From a virus (taxonomy: Duplodnaviria > Caudoviricetes), in IMG/VR virus record IMGVR_UViG_2934965791_000001, positions 1 through 64,000 of that record: 64,000 bases of DNA, one strand, 5' to 3'. Below are positions 1 through 9,447 of the stretch, piece by piece. Numbering within the stretch: the first letter of the stretch is position 1; each line of letters begins with the position of its first letter. A model generated the notes under the pieces. That model searched no databases. It worked only from the letters and a program-made list of their open reading frames with translations, and was not told where the DNA came from. The position numbers and the translations under genes were made by a program.

Positions 1-740
1 ATGGTTACAGCAGACCAGGCGATGCGCCACACCCGGTGGGTTCCCTTGGCCTGCACCACGAGCCAGTCACTGGTGGCCCGCTCACATCTCTGCGGGCCGT
101 TTTTAGAACTACCTGTGGTGGGTCCCGCGTTCCTGCCTTGCGACGGAGTCCAGCAGCCGACGGATGCGCTCGTACAGAAGTTGCGCGCGGCCGTGTACGG
201 CTCCCCGCTCCTCGACCGCGCCTCCTTCCCCGAGGACCACCCCCTGTCCGGTGGGCCGCTCGGCATGTCGGTGAAGACCATCGGCGACCAGCTGGCCGGG
301 CACGACCTGGTCGTCGTGATCGGCGCCGAGGTGTTCCGCTACCACCCCTACGTCCCGGGCCCCTACTTGTCCGACGGCACGGAATTCCTCCAGATCACCG
401 GCAACCCTGCCGTCGCCGCGGCGGCCCTCATGGGCGACAGCCGGCTCGGGGACCCAGGACGGCGATCGAGCAGCTACTGGACATGGGCGCGGGGGACCGC
501 GCGGACCGCTCCAGCGCCAATGGCGCACCCCCGGGTGCTTCCCCAAGCACCGAACAGCCCGCTGACGCCCTGAGGTCTACGCCGTCCCGAGCAGCGTCAA
601 GCCTGCCGACACGATGATCGTCGACGAGTCGACCTCTCGACTCGATCCGACGAGGCCGAGAGCAGTGCCGTCTGGGCCGTTTTCAGTACGGGCCGTTTCT
701 CCCTCGCGTCGACCGGCCTCGTCGGCAACCGTATGAGCCC
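1..740 (+). pseudogene. Degraded thiamine-pyrophosphate-dependent decarboxylase (benzoylformate decarboxylase-like)
   Basis: Central-domain motifs DRASFPEDHPL and GHDLVVVIGAEVFRYHPYVPG. Similarity appears to switch frames after ~450 (AIEQLLD in another frame, IVDEST near 617), with a stop at 571-573. Confidence 0.7.
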
Positions 741-1035
741 GTTGCCACCACGCCGCACCGACTCCGCTCCTCCGGGGCAGCGGGGCCGACTCAACTCCGG
801 AACACTCAATTCCGGTTTCCCCGTGTCCAGCCAGCGTCCAGAATCCGACACCCAAGGCCTCGCACACGCCACCCGCGGAAACCTGCACCACAACATCTGC
901 GCAGGTCAGAGCGACGTGAACCAACACCGACCGCAGCGGACCCGAACCCACGAGCAGCGGATTCAGTCCGTTCAGGCAAAGTTGACGATCCAACAGGACA
1001 AAATGAACGTTTCCGCAGGTCAGAAGCCTGCGCAA

Positions 1036-1080
1036 GTGGGGCGGGTGGGACTCGAACCCACGGCCGACGGATTATGAGTC
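1036..1080 (-). tRNA. 3' half of tRNA(CAT), probably tRNA-Ile2; attachment-site core, not an intact tRNA
   Basis: Minus strand reads GACTCATAATCCGTCGGCCGTGGGTTCGAGTCCCACCCGCCCCAC: anticodon loop CTCATAA, T-arm GTTCGAGT and 3' acceptor strand. No D-arm or 5' acceptor strand beyond 1080. Adjacent to the integrase. Confidence 0.85.
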
Positions 1081-1230
1081 TGTACCCATGGCGGTTACAC
1101 CCGAAGTCGGCGGGTGCTGGCTCGTGCCGCCCAGTGTCAGCAAGTCCTTGAAACCGCAGGTCGTAGCGGTGGGCGGCTTGCCATCGGGTGCCGTTCCGTC
1201 CGCCGCATGTCGGGGAGTTCCAGGGCGTTC

Positions 1231-1299
1231 GGCCGAGCAATGGCCGAGCACAAAGGCCCCGCCACCTGCGGTGACGGGGCCTTGTGATGCTGCTCGACC
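1231..1299. repeat. Putative integrase arm-type binding sites
   Basis: GGCCGAGCA direct repeat at 1231-1239 and 1242-1250 (11-bp period); inverted near-copy TGCTCGACC at 1291-1299, between the att core and the integrase stop. Confidence 0.55.
1253..1283 (-). terminator. Intrinsic terminator after integrase
   Basis: Hairpin AAGGCCCCGCCAC-ctgcg-GTGACGGGGCCTT just past the integrase stop. Confidence 0.65.
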
Positions 1300-1304
1300 G
1301 AAGT

Positions 1305-2879
1305 CTACTCGGGGTCCTGACCCCTTTCCGGGCTGCGGCGCGCTCGGGGTACCAGGGCGGCCGCCTTCTCCGCGATGTCCCGGTCTACGTCCTCCAGTAG
1401 CTCGGTGTACGTGTCGGATGTGAGCTGGATCGTCGAGTGCCGCAGCGTCTGCTTCACGGCGTGGATATCGCCGCCGCCGGCGTGGACGAGCGTGCCGGCG
1501 ACGTGTCGGCAGTCGCGCAGGTTGACCGGGGGCAGCTCCGCCCGTTTGCAGATCCTCCGGAATTCGTCCGACACCTTCTCGGGGTGGAGCCAGGTGCCGT
1601 CGATGTCCGTGAAGACCTTGCCGGTGTCCGTCCAGTCGGTGACGTCCTTGCCCTTGGCCCGCTCCTCTTCGACGTGCCGGTTCCAGGTGTCGCGCTCCTC
1701 CGTCTGCCGCACCCGGTGCTGTCGTAGGACGGCGACGTTCAGGGAGTCGAGGGCGATGGTGGTAGCCGATTCCTCGGTCTTCGGGTCGTCCTCGAAGACT
1801 TCCCAGTTGTCGACGTTCAGCGTGCGATTCGGGGTGATGAGGCCGGCGTCGAGGTCGACGTAGTGCCAGTCCTGCCCGACGCCTTCACCGCGGCGCAGGC
1901 CGCGGAACATGATCAGGTGGAAGAAGGCGTACAGCCTGGAGTCCTCGGCTGCGTCGAGGAAGGCGCCGGCCTGCGCTGGCGTCCACACCATGACGGGGCT
2001 TGGCTTCTCGCCGGTGCGCCGCCAGTGCGCGACGTGCTGATCCGTCCACAGCTTCGCCTTCGGTCGCTTGCCTGACTCCAGCTCGATCCACTCGGCCGGG
2101 TTGAAGGTGATGAGCTGCTTGCGGATCGCCCCGTTCAGCGCGGCGCGGAGGGTCGCCCTGATCCGCTGCTGCGTCGCCGGGCCGGTGATGAGTCGGTACG
2201 GCGGCATGATGGCCAGCTTCTCGCGCTCAGCCGCCAGGCGTTCGGACTCGGCCCGGGACGGCCGACCGTTCTTGCCCCACTTGCAGCGGGCTTCCTGCTC
2301 CCGGCGCGCGGCGTTCTCCGCGGCAACGACCTCGTTGGTTTCATCAATCGCGTCGAAGAACGCTTGGACGTGGCCGATGTTCAGCCGGTCGAGGCGGAAC
2401 CGGCCGAGGCCGGGCTTCAGGTGTACTCGGATGTGGGACTCGTAGCCCTTCGTCGTGCGCCGCTTCGTCTTCTTCGCGGCCACCCAGGCGTCGAGCCAGT
2501 CCGCGATGGTCATGTCACTGTCGAGGGATACGCCGCCGGCGAGCCGTCGCTTCACTTCGGCCGCGTCCGGGATGGGTGCGCGCTCGCTCTGCACCTTGGC
2601 GAGGAGGTCGCCGATCTGGACGGCGTGCTCCTCGTCGTCCTCGTCGGCTACGTCGCAGACGGCGCGGATCTTGTCGAGCTCCTTCTCCGCATCCTTGACC
2701 TGCGCGTAGCCGGTGCGGCGGAAGCGGCGGCGGTGCCCGTCCTTGTCGACGGGGAGTTCTTGGTGGATCTCGTACTTGCCGTGGTTCTTCTTTTTCAGGT
2801 CCGGGCACGACGTGCCGAGCCGCTTCTTGTCCGGGCCTCGACATTCGCAGCGCTTAGTTATGCCGCCAGCACGCCGCAC
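1305..2879 (-). CDS. int: Tyrosine recombinase, phage/AICE integrase
   Basis: FRGLRRGE, DPKT, LRDCRH, LRHS...DTY catalytic motifs; SAM-like domain (YESHIRVHLKPGLG). GTG start at 2879 with AGGAGG RBS. Confidence 0.95.
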   Translation of the reverse strand: MRRAGGITKRCECRGPDKKRLGTSCPDLKKKNHGKYEIHQELPVDKDGHRRRFRRTGYAQVKDAEKELDKIRAVCDVADEDDEEHAVQIGDLLAKVQSERAPIPDAAEVKRRLAGGVSLDSDMTIADWLDAWVAAKKTKRRTTKGYESHIRVHLKPGLGRFRLDRLNIGHVQAFFDAIDETNEVVAAENAARREQEARCKWGKNGRPSRAESERLAAEREKLAIMPPYRLITGPATQQRIRATLRAALNGAIRKQLITFNPAEWIELESGKRPKAKLWTDQHVAHWRRTGEKPSPVMVWTPAQAGAFLDAAEDSRLYAFFHLIMFRGLRRGEGVGQDWHYVDLDAGLITPNRTLNVDNWEVFEDDPKTEESATTIALDSLNVAVLRQHRVRQTEERDTWNRHVEEERAKGKDVTDWTDTGKVFTDIDGTWLHPEKVSDEFRRICKRAELPPVNLRDCRHVAGTLVHAGGGDIHAVKQTLRHSTIQLTSDTYTELLEDVDRDIAEKAAALVPRARRSPERGQDPE

Positions 2880-2902
2880 TGGGTCCTCCTGTTGATGTGT
2901 TC

Positions 2903-3742
2903 TTATCCGTGAGCCGGGTCGATATTTTCGGGCCAGGGAATGACCCAAGGCTCTACATCATTCCACGGCAATACGTATGGCTCGACGTCTTTCGGCAAAT
3001 AGGGCAGCGCCCACCCTTCCTCGGTAATGCGCCGCCTTACCGCCGCGATCTCTTTCCCCTGCCGCATGAGCGTTTGTTCGTGTCGCTCGATGGACTCCCG
3101 CTCGCGCTCGGAGTACCGCTCTAGCTCCCGCTCGGATCGTTGCAGGTCATCCAGGAAGACCTTGCCGATCTCGACCCATGACGGGTCGGCGGTGGCGTCG
3201 CCGGCCTCGACGCTGCGTAGCTTCTCCTCGACCGCCGCCTTCGCCTTCCGCTTTTCCTTTCCTTCATCTGCGACCGCGGCGATTCGCTCTCTCGCCTGCT
3301 CTAGAGACGAGATATGGAATCGAATTTCGGTGAGCAGGTCTCGATATTGACGCAGGACCCATAGGGGCTTCGCTCCCGTCGAGCGTGGCAGTTCGCGGGA
3401 GGGCGCGTTCCCGGCGAACCAGTCGAGGGCGTCGATTGGTTCGAAGGTGCGCTCCGGTAGCGCCTCGCAGGTCTCCTCGAATCCGACCGGGAATACCAAT
3501 TGCGCCGGCGCGACGTCCAGGGCGGCAGCGAGGACGAGCACCTCGGCGACCGTGACCGTGGATCGTCGGCCGCTCTCCATGTTCGCCAGTACCGAGCGCT
3601 GGATCGGCATCCCCAGTTCCGCACACCGGTCCGAGAGCTGCTGTGCACTCATCGCGCGGCGCTGCCGGTGCCGGCGCACCTCCTGCGCGACGGCCAGGGC
3701 CAGCCGCTCGGACCACGGGGACTCGGTCGGGACTTGTGTCAT
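2903..3742 (-). CDS. XRE-family HTH repressor with coiled-coil C-terminus
   Basis: VRRHRQRRAMSAQQLSDRC...RSVLANMESGRR...VAEVLVLAAALDV; upstream of int and divergent from xis. Confidence 0.9.
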   Translation of the reverse strand: MTQVPTESPWSERLALAVAQEVRRHRQRRAMSAQQLSDRCAELGMPIQRSVLANMESGRRSTVTVAEVLVLAAALDVAPAQLVFPVGFEETCEALPERTFEPIDALDWFAGNAPSRELPRSTGAKPLWVLRQYRDLLTEIRFHISSLEQARERIAAVADEGKEKRKAKAAVEEKLRSVEAGDATADPSWVEIGKVFLDDLQRSERELERYSERERESIERHEQTLMRQGKEIAAVRRRITEEGWALPYLPKDVEPYVLPWNDVEPWVIPWPENIDPAHG

Positions 3743-3788
3743 GGAAGCACGTTCTCACGGTTGTTGTGTTCGTACAAGACAACCCGGC

Positions 3789-3828
3789 TTGACATGGGAC
3801 GTGCGCAAGGCGGAAGCTTCGCCATGTC
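3789..3828 (+). promoter_or_regulatory. Putative rightward promoter in the repressor/xis switch region
   Basis: TTGACA at 3789-3794; inverted repeat GACATGG (3791-3797) / CCATGTC (3822-3828) brackets the promoter. Confidence 0.4.
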
Positions 3829-3864
3829 TCCACGACACAGAAACTGCGAGGAGTGACACGAATA

Positions 3865-4128
3865 ATGACAACGCCTGCGGCTCAGGGCCTGAGCAGGACC
3901 GAACTCCTTGCCCTGCCGGCCACGACCGATGTCGAGACCGCCGGCCGCGCGTTCGGGCTCGGGCGCACGACCGCGTACGCCCTCGCCCGGTCCGGAGAGT
4001 TCCCCTGTGCGATCGTCCGCGCGGGCAGGGGCTACCGCGTCGTCACCGCCGATCTTCTGCGCGTCCTTCGTCTCACCCCGGACAACGGCGACGCTGCGGC
4101 GGACGCCGGCCCCCGGGCTGCCGCCTGA
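3865..4128 (+). CDS. xis: Excisionase-like HTH DNA-binding protein
   Basis: LLALPATTDVETAGRAFGLGRTTAYALARSGEFPCAIVRAGRGYRV, typical of actinobacterial Xis; divergent from the repressor. Confidence 0.8.
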   Translation: MTTPAAQGLSRTELLALPATTDVETAGRAFGLGRTTAYALARSGEFPCAIVRAGRGYRVVTADLLRVLRLTPDNGDAAADAGPRAAA

Positions 4129-4261
4129 TGCGAACGGCCCCTACCGGTCGCCGGCCATAGCAGCGCCGGCGGCTGGTAGGGGCTGCAACGCCCACTCGAA
4201 GCGAACTCCCCGATGCCAGCCGTCCGGGGCTGCGCTCTACCACGCGGATGGAGAGGACGTC

Positions 4262-6148
4262 TTGTCGACGAGCACTGCCGCCGAAGACGGCCGGCCTAAG
4301 CGCGGTCGCGCCGCCACCCGTCCGGCAGCCGTGCGCCACGCCGCCCGCGAGGCGTCCCGTAGGCGCCTCGGGCTCACCGCCAACAACCGCGGCCAGACGA
4401 AGCTCCCTGCCGCCCTCGTAGACGCCGTCCGCTCCGGGAAGGCCACCGCCTCACACACCGTCGCATGGGCGGTCGTCGAGTTGGCATGTGCCCTGGGAGA
4501 GGGCCGGTGCACGGCCGCACAGAGCACCCTCGCGGACGCCGTCGGCACCAGCACGCCGCGCCTCGCCCGCCTTCTGGCGGACAACTCGCCGCTGCTGGCC
4601 AACCTGGACGGACGCGGTCCACTCATGGCGCAGGAACGCCAGGAACGCGGTCTGCCCACGCGCTTCTACGCGCGCCGCAAGGGCGGTCAGCTTGGCGGCT
4701 GGGCGCCGACGTGGTCCCTCACCCTCGTCTGTGACGGGACGTCTCATGAGCAGTTGGTGCCCGCCCGGCTGATCTCGCCCAGTGCCTGGCTTCTGTACGC
4801 CGTCCTGGTGTGGTGGGCGGGCGATGAGGGGTCCTGTCGTCGCTACGTCCGGGACATCGCCGCCGAGCTGGGCGCGTCGGAGCGTCTCGTCCGGGAGTGG
4901 ACCCGGGAACTGCGGGCGGCCGGCCTGCTGTTGGTACGCGACCGCCGAGGCGACAGCCGGAAGCCCGGTGTCTCCACGGTGAGCGCCAGCACCTACATAC
5001 CGGTGGTGGTCCGCCGGCCGCGGCCGCAGGGCCAGGAGCGGGACGTCGTCGCTGTGCTGCGGCGTCTGCCCGGCGATCTGCCGCTCTCCCAGGCGTGGAC
5101 CCTCGACCGTCTCGACCCGTCGGCCGGCCTGACGTCCTCGCAGCCGGGCCGGGTCGGCTTCGGCGGCTGGGCGGCCTGGCGTGTCCTGGCCGCCACCGGC
5201 CCCGTCGCATGTCTCCCGGTGACACTCGCCGACACCTACGGCGTGCCCGAGGAGACCGCGTCGCAGTGGGCCGAGGAAGCGTTCGGGGCGGGCCTGGTGG
5301 TCTTCGATGACGACCCGATCCAGTGGCGGGCTGTCCTCGCGCAGCCGACGACCGCCGATCAGAACGAGGTGGCAGCAACCGTCGATAGCGACCGGCGCGC
5401 TTTGTTGGACCCCGACCGGCACGGTTTGTTGGACGCCGAGGGTTGCGCCGGCGATGTGGTCACCGACCCACCGGCGACGCCGGCGCAGGTTGTCATCGCG
5501 CACGGGCCACGGCCGCCGGCTGGAGCGGGCAAGGTCGAGCGGCCTCGCGGCGACATTGCCCGGGTACTCGGCGCCCCGGAGGTCCGGGTTCTGCTGCTGG
5601 ATCGCATGAACGACTGGCAGCGGCGGGCGGCTGAGCGGAAGGTCGCCGATGCCCTGTCCTCCCTGAGCGCCGGACAACTCTCCCACCGGGTGACCGCCGC
5701 ACTGGTCGGCAAGTCACCCGACGACATCCGCGAGCCCTACGGCTGGCTGCGCCAGGTGATCGCCGCGCGGTACGGCTGCACCTCAAAGTGCACGTGCGTC
5801 GACCCGGCGTGCGAGGCCGGGGTGATCTGGTACGACGGCACCGCCTGCCGCCACTGCGAGCGGGAGCGGGAGGACCGCATCGCCAGCGCGGCCGCCGATC
5901 AGCCAGCGGTACAACGCCCGGCCGAGCGGCCAGCGCTCGCGGTCGTCCACGGCGCCGGGCGGCCCGACAGCCCGCCGTCGGGCCGCCCACTCGCGGACGC
6001 GATGGACGACGCCGCCGACACCTTGCCCCGTGAGGAAGCCCAGGCTCGAATCCGTCGGGCGGTGCAGGCGGCCCGGCGGCTGCCCAAGACGGCCGGATGG
6101 GCCGGCGCGGGGGCTCATGTGGAGCCCCCGGCCGTCGCCTGCTCGTAG
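4262..6148 (+). CDS. Putative replication initiator (wHTH domains plus C-terminal Cys cluster)
   Basis: wHTH VRDIAAELGASERLVREWTRELRAAGLL; REPYGWL followed by CVDPACEAG..CRHC. TTG start after GGAGAGG; the ORF is open from 3908. Confidence 0.55.
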   Translation: MSTSTAAEDGRPKRGRAATRPAAVRHAAREASRRRLGLTANNRGQTKLPAALVDAVRSGKATASHTVAWAVVELACALGEGRCTAAQSTLADAVGTSTPRLARLLADNSPLLANLDGRGPLMAQERQERGLPTRFYARRKGGQLGGWAPTWSLTLVCDGTSHEQLVPARLISPSAWLLYAVLVWWAGDEGSCRRYVRDIAAELGASERLVREWTRELRAAGLLLVRDRRGDSRKPGVSTVSASTYIPVVVRRPRPQGQERDVVAVLRRLPGDLPLSQAWTLDRLDPSAGLTSSQPGRVGFGGWAAWRVLAATGPVACLPVTLADTYGVPEETASQWAEEAFGAGLVVFDDDPIQWRAVLAQPTTADQNEVAATVDSDRRALLDPDRHGLLDAEGCAGDVVTDPPATPAQVVIAHGPRPPAGAGKVERPRGDIARVLGAPEVRVLLLDRMNDWQRRAAERKVADALSSLSAGQLSHRVTAALVGKSPDDIREPYGWLRQVIAARYGCTSKCTCVDPACEAGVIWYDGTACRHCEREREDRIASAAADQPAVQRPAERPALAVVHGAGRPDSPPSGRPLADAMDDAADTLPREEAQARIRRAVQAARRLPKTAGWAGAGAHVEPPAVACS

Positions 6149-6197
6149 TCCGCTCACGGGATGCCGTCGGCGAGCAGGCGGTAGAGATCCATCGGGG

Positions 6198-6740
6198 TCA
6201 CGCGTACGAGACAACCAGCCGGTGACCCCGCGGCACGGTGACGGTGATGGTCGGCGGCCCGTCGACGGACTCGCACACGACATCGGCCGCCTCGCCGTCC
6301 GCGTCGTCCTCCGGCGGCTCGGCGTCGGCCTGGACCTCGGCCAACCTCTTGGTGAGCAGCTGACGGAACAGGCGGGAGCGCTGCTCGGCGTAGTCATAGA
6401 CGTGCCCGACCCACTGCCGCTCGACCTCGCCGGCGCGCACCTTGCGTATCTGCTCGTCGACGTGGTCGAGGGCGTCCAGCATCCACTCCTCCGGGTCGTC
6501 GACCGACACGACGCGGTACGCCGCCTCGCCGGCCAGCGGGACGCCGTCGCCGCGGAAGCCGCCGCCGAGCCCGTACACAGACAGACCCCCGCTGTTGTAC
6601 CCGCCAGACATCCGGTGGGCGAACAGCTGCGAGCCGGTCTCGGCGTACACCAGGTACTGGCCGTCGCCCGAGGCGTCGTGCTCCTTGGTCGGGTTGATGC
6701 GCTCGATCAGGACCAGCCGGCCGGTGTACCGCGCGGACAT
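6198..6740 (-). CDS. Hypothetical phage protein
   Basis: ATG at 6740 with AAGGAG RBS; frame is open further upstream (alternative GTG near 6890). Confidence 0.7.
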   Translation of the reverse strand: MSARYTGRLVLIERINPTKEHDASGDGQYLVYAETGSQLFAHRMSGGYNSGGLSVYGLGGGFRGDGVPLAGEAAYRVVSVDDPEEWMLDALDHVDEQIRKVRAGEVERQWVGHVYDYAEQRSRLFRQLLTKRLAEVQADAEPPEDDADGEAADVVCESVDGPPTITVTVPRGHRLVVSYA

Positions 6741-6892
6741 GGGTGTCTCCTTCGGAGTGAGGGTGGCGACGGGCGCCTTGGGGATGCCGATCTGCTCGGC
6801 GGTGAGGGCGAAGGCCCGGAGGATCGAGCGCTGGGTGGCGGCCTCGAACGGCTTGACCGCCCGGCCCATCGGGAGGAACGGGTACGGCACGG

Positions 6893-7405
6893 TCAGCTCG
6901 CGATGGGCGAGAGCCGGTTGAAGAGGGCCATCGGCGTCACGTAGCCCTCCCAACGCTTGTCGTTGAACAGCTGGATGCCGGCGTCGAGGTACGCCCGGTC
7001 GACCAGCTGGGAACAGATCATGTGACCCGTCGACGCCACGAACGTGCGCAGCCCAGGCGCGGGGATGTGGAGCCGGTGCGTGGCGAGGGCCGCATAGTCC
7101 GCGAAGGAGTACGGCACGCCCTCGTACTGGCGGGCGCAGGCGGTGATGGCCCAGCGCTGCGCCGGCGTCAGGCCGGCCGGCGACACGTACACCACGTCGC
7201 GGTCGTCGTACTCGGTGAGCGGGACGACCTGGGCGCCGCCCGGCATGGCCTCGATGAGCTTGCCGTCGGGCATGACGAGGAACGCGTGCGCCCAGGGGGC
7301 GAAGCCGTCCCCGTTGAGCCACTGCCCGACCTCGATCCCCTTGCCGACGAGGCCGGTGATGTTGGTGAGCCCGATGTCGCCGGGCCGCGGGGTCGCGCGT
7401 ATCAC
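6893..7405 (-). CDS. Permuted papain-like NlpC/P60 (YiiX-type) amidase
   Basis: PGDIG, WAHAFLV (His), GVPYSF and ICSQLVDRAY (Cys after His, i.e. permuted order). Confidence 0.8.
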   Translation of the reverse strand: MIRATPRPGDIGLTNITGLVGKGIEVGQWLNGDGFAPWAHAFLVMPDGKLIEAMPGGAQVVPLTEYDDRDVVYVSPAGLTPAQRWAITACARQYEGVPYSFADYAALATHRLHIPAPGLRTFVASTGHMICSQLVDRAYLDAGIQLFNDKRWEGYVTPMALFNRLSPIAS

Positions 7406-7665
7406 TGCTGGGGGCCTCCGATGAGGGGGGTGAGGTTCATGAGCGTGCGTTGCAGCCAGGTCGCGACGAGCATCTCGGCCATCGCCGGCGACCAGCCGCG
7501 AGCGACCAGGTCGGCCCGCATGCCGTCGGCCGCGTCGAACGCCGGCGCCAGGGCCTCTTGCATCACGAGGAAGCCGTTGAGCATCGAGGCCCGGGCCGCC
7601 TCCATGTCGTCGAGGACGGGCGCCGGCGGTTCGGCCGGGTCGCCGGTGGGCTTACGGGAGAACAC
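7402..7665 (-). CDS. Hypothetical phage protein
   Basis: GTG start with GGAGG RBS; stop overlaps the next start. Confidence 0.65.
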   Translation of the reverse strand: MFSRKPTGDPAEPPAPVLDDMEAARASMLNGFLVMQEALAPAFDAADGMRADLVARGWSPAMAEMLVATWLQRTLMNLTPLIGGPQQ

Positions 7666-7676
7666 GGGGTCGCCTC

Positions 7677-8408
7677 CTAGGCGGCGGGGAGCGTAAAGGG
7701 GAGCGTGATGAGGCCGGCCGCGGCGCCGACGACGTCCCATTCGTGGGGTCCGTACGCGCGCCGGCAGGTGCCGCAGCGGATGACGGACTTCCGCGGGTCG
7801 TAATGGAGTTGTCCGCCGCACTTCGGCGTGGCCGGGTCGTCCTCGGCGTGCCCACGGGCGGGCATCGGGCAGCCGGGCTTGAGTTCTTCGCGCCGGCGCC
7901 GGTCGCCGGACACCAGGCCGCGCATCTGGCCGAGGAGCCGGCGCAGCGCACGGTCGAGGTCGTCGACGTCCGGGTACGCGCCGGCCGCCCAGTGCAGGGT
8001 TTCGCGCAGCCAGCGCACCGTGCCGCGGAGGGTGTTGTCCTGGCCCCCGCGGTTCGGGGTGAGCGGGTAGTGGCCGGTCTTGCGCAGTTCCCGCCGCCAC
8101 GCGTCCTCCTCGACGAGCAGCGGTTCGGTGACGCCGCCGCCGAGTAGGGAGAGGACGGCGAGGTTCGCCGGCGGCTTCGACCCGGTCGGGCCCGGGGCGC
8201 GTTCGCTGGCGTCGTCGCCGCTGGCCGTGCCCGGGGCGAGGAGGCCGGGGAGGAGGTCCCAGAGTTCGGCGACCTCGCCGAGTTCGGCGTCGATGCGCTG
8301 TTCGCAGGGTCGGCACACGAGGCGCTTGAGCTGGATCTCCCGGCCGATGAGGCGGCGCGGGCAGCACTGGCACACCGGGTAGGCCGGCGGGGTGTCGGGC
8401 GTGGTCAT
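7677..8408 (-). CDS. Zn-ribbon phage protein, possible transcriptional regulator
   Basis: CQCC..CRPC at the N-terminus; CP..CGG..CGTC at the C-terminus; ATGA-coupled. Confidence 0.7.
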   Translation of the reverse strand: MTTPDTPPAYPVCQCCPRRLIGREIQLKRLVCRPCEQRIDAELGEVAELWDLLPGLLAPGTASGDDASERAPGPTGSKPPANLAVLSLLGGGVTEPLLVEEDAWRRELRKTGHYPLTPNRGGQDNTLRGTVRWLRETLHWAAGAYPDVDDLDRALRRLLGQMRGLVSGDRRRREELKPGCPMPARGHAEDDPATPKCGGQLHYDPRKSVIRCGTCRRAYGPHEWDVVGAAAGLITLPFTLPAA

Positions 8409-8764
8409 GCGAGTTGCCTCCCGGCCGGCGTGGCGGTCGCGTAGCGGACTCGCCAGTTGTCGAGGGTCATGACGATGGGGTTGCGTTCGCTGGCCGGCCA
8501 GACGATCCAGATGCCGGCCTGCAACACCAGTGCGCGGATGGTGACCAGCGCCGGCGTGACGTCGTCGTGGTCGGAGCGGGCGCGGCCCCAGCGGATCCGG
8601 GGCACGGTGAGCAGCATCCAGACGCCGTACTCGGTGCCGGGGTGCCAGCGTTCGCCGTAGGCGGCCTCGGAGATGCCCGACATGGCGTCGAACAGCAAGG
8701 CGGCCGCCCCATCGAACTGGGGCGGCCGCGGGGGTGTCTGGTCCACGGGGGTTCTTCCGTTCAT
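8405..8764 (-). CDS. Hypothetical protein
   Basis: Coupled by ATGA overlaps on both sides. Confidence 0.65.
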   Translation of the reverse strand: MNGRTPVDQTPPRPPQFDGAAALLFDAMSGISEAAYGERWHPGTEYGVWMLLTVPRIRWGRARSDHDDVTPALVTIRALVLQAGIWIVWPASERNPIVMTLDNWRVRYATATPAGRQLA

Positions 8765-9132
8765 GCCGTGTCGGCCAGCGGTTCGGTGATGACGGCGAGG
8801 AGTTCGTACACGGTGGGGCCGGCCACGGTGCTGCGCCGGCGGACGCGTGCCTCGGTCGCGGCCGCCGTGCACTCGGGGCGCCGGCAGGCGTTGTTGACGT
8901 AGCAGGACTCCGACGGCTCATGCCGTGCCTGCCTGGCCCGCTTCGCGGCCGCGCGGGCGCGCTGCATCGCGTCCCCCATCGCCGGCTCACGGTTCGCGAG
9001 GTTGTAGAGGGTGCCCCGGGCGACGCGCATGCGGGCGGCGGCCGCCGGCATCGACAGGCCGGCGGCGAGGAGTTCTAGGAGTTCCTCGTAGCGGGCGGGC
9101 TCGATCTTCGGGGGTTGCCCGCGGCCGCTCAC
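8761..9132 (-). CDS. HTH DNA-binding protein with H/C metal motif
   Basis: ELLAAGLSMPAAAARMRVARGTLY; H..SCY..NACRRPEC. Confidence 0.7.
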   Translation of the reverse strand: MSGRGQPPKIEPARYEELLELLAAGLSMPAAAARMRVARGTLYNLANREPAMGDAMQRARAAAKRARQARHEPSESCYVNNACRRPECTAAATEARVRRRSTVAGPTVYELLAVITEPLADTA

Positions 9133-9374
9133 GCTTCCCACTCCTGGCCGGCGCCCCGGAGGGCGTTGTCGATGATGTCGGTAGCGGCCTGGACGACGAG
9201 GGTGTCGGCGTGCCGGCCGCGGCGTAGCTGCACGACCTCGGCACGGTGGCCGGCGCGGTCGCGGGCGCGCCGGTCGTGCTCGACGGCGAGCGCGCGGTTC
9301 AGGTGCCGTCGTGCCGCCCACGCGACGACGGCGCCGCCCAGGGGGATGGCGCATGCGATACCCAGCCACCACAC
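9129..9374 (-). CDS. Small membrane protein
   Basis: Hydrophobic N-terminus WWLGIACAIPLGGAVVAW; GTGA coupling. Confidence 0.6.
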   Translation of the reverse strand: MWWLGIACAIPLGGAVVAWAARRHLNRALAVEHDRRARDRAGHRAEVVQLRRGRHADTLVVQAATDIIDNALRGAGQEWEA

Positions 9375-9447
9375 GGCGGATCCCTTCTGTTCATGGTCGA
9401 CGCTGGCCCGACTTGGTCGAGGCGGCCGGTGAGGAGGGCGACGGTGG

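Noticed and set aside
1036-1080. Intact tRNA-Met/Ile gene
   Set aside because: Only the 3' half is present; treated as an att core.
1500-1530. Integrase HxxR motif reads RDCR, suggesting inactivation
   Set aside because: This His is the most variable catalytic position; R, K, second R, H and Y are intact and the ORF is unbroken.
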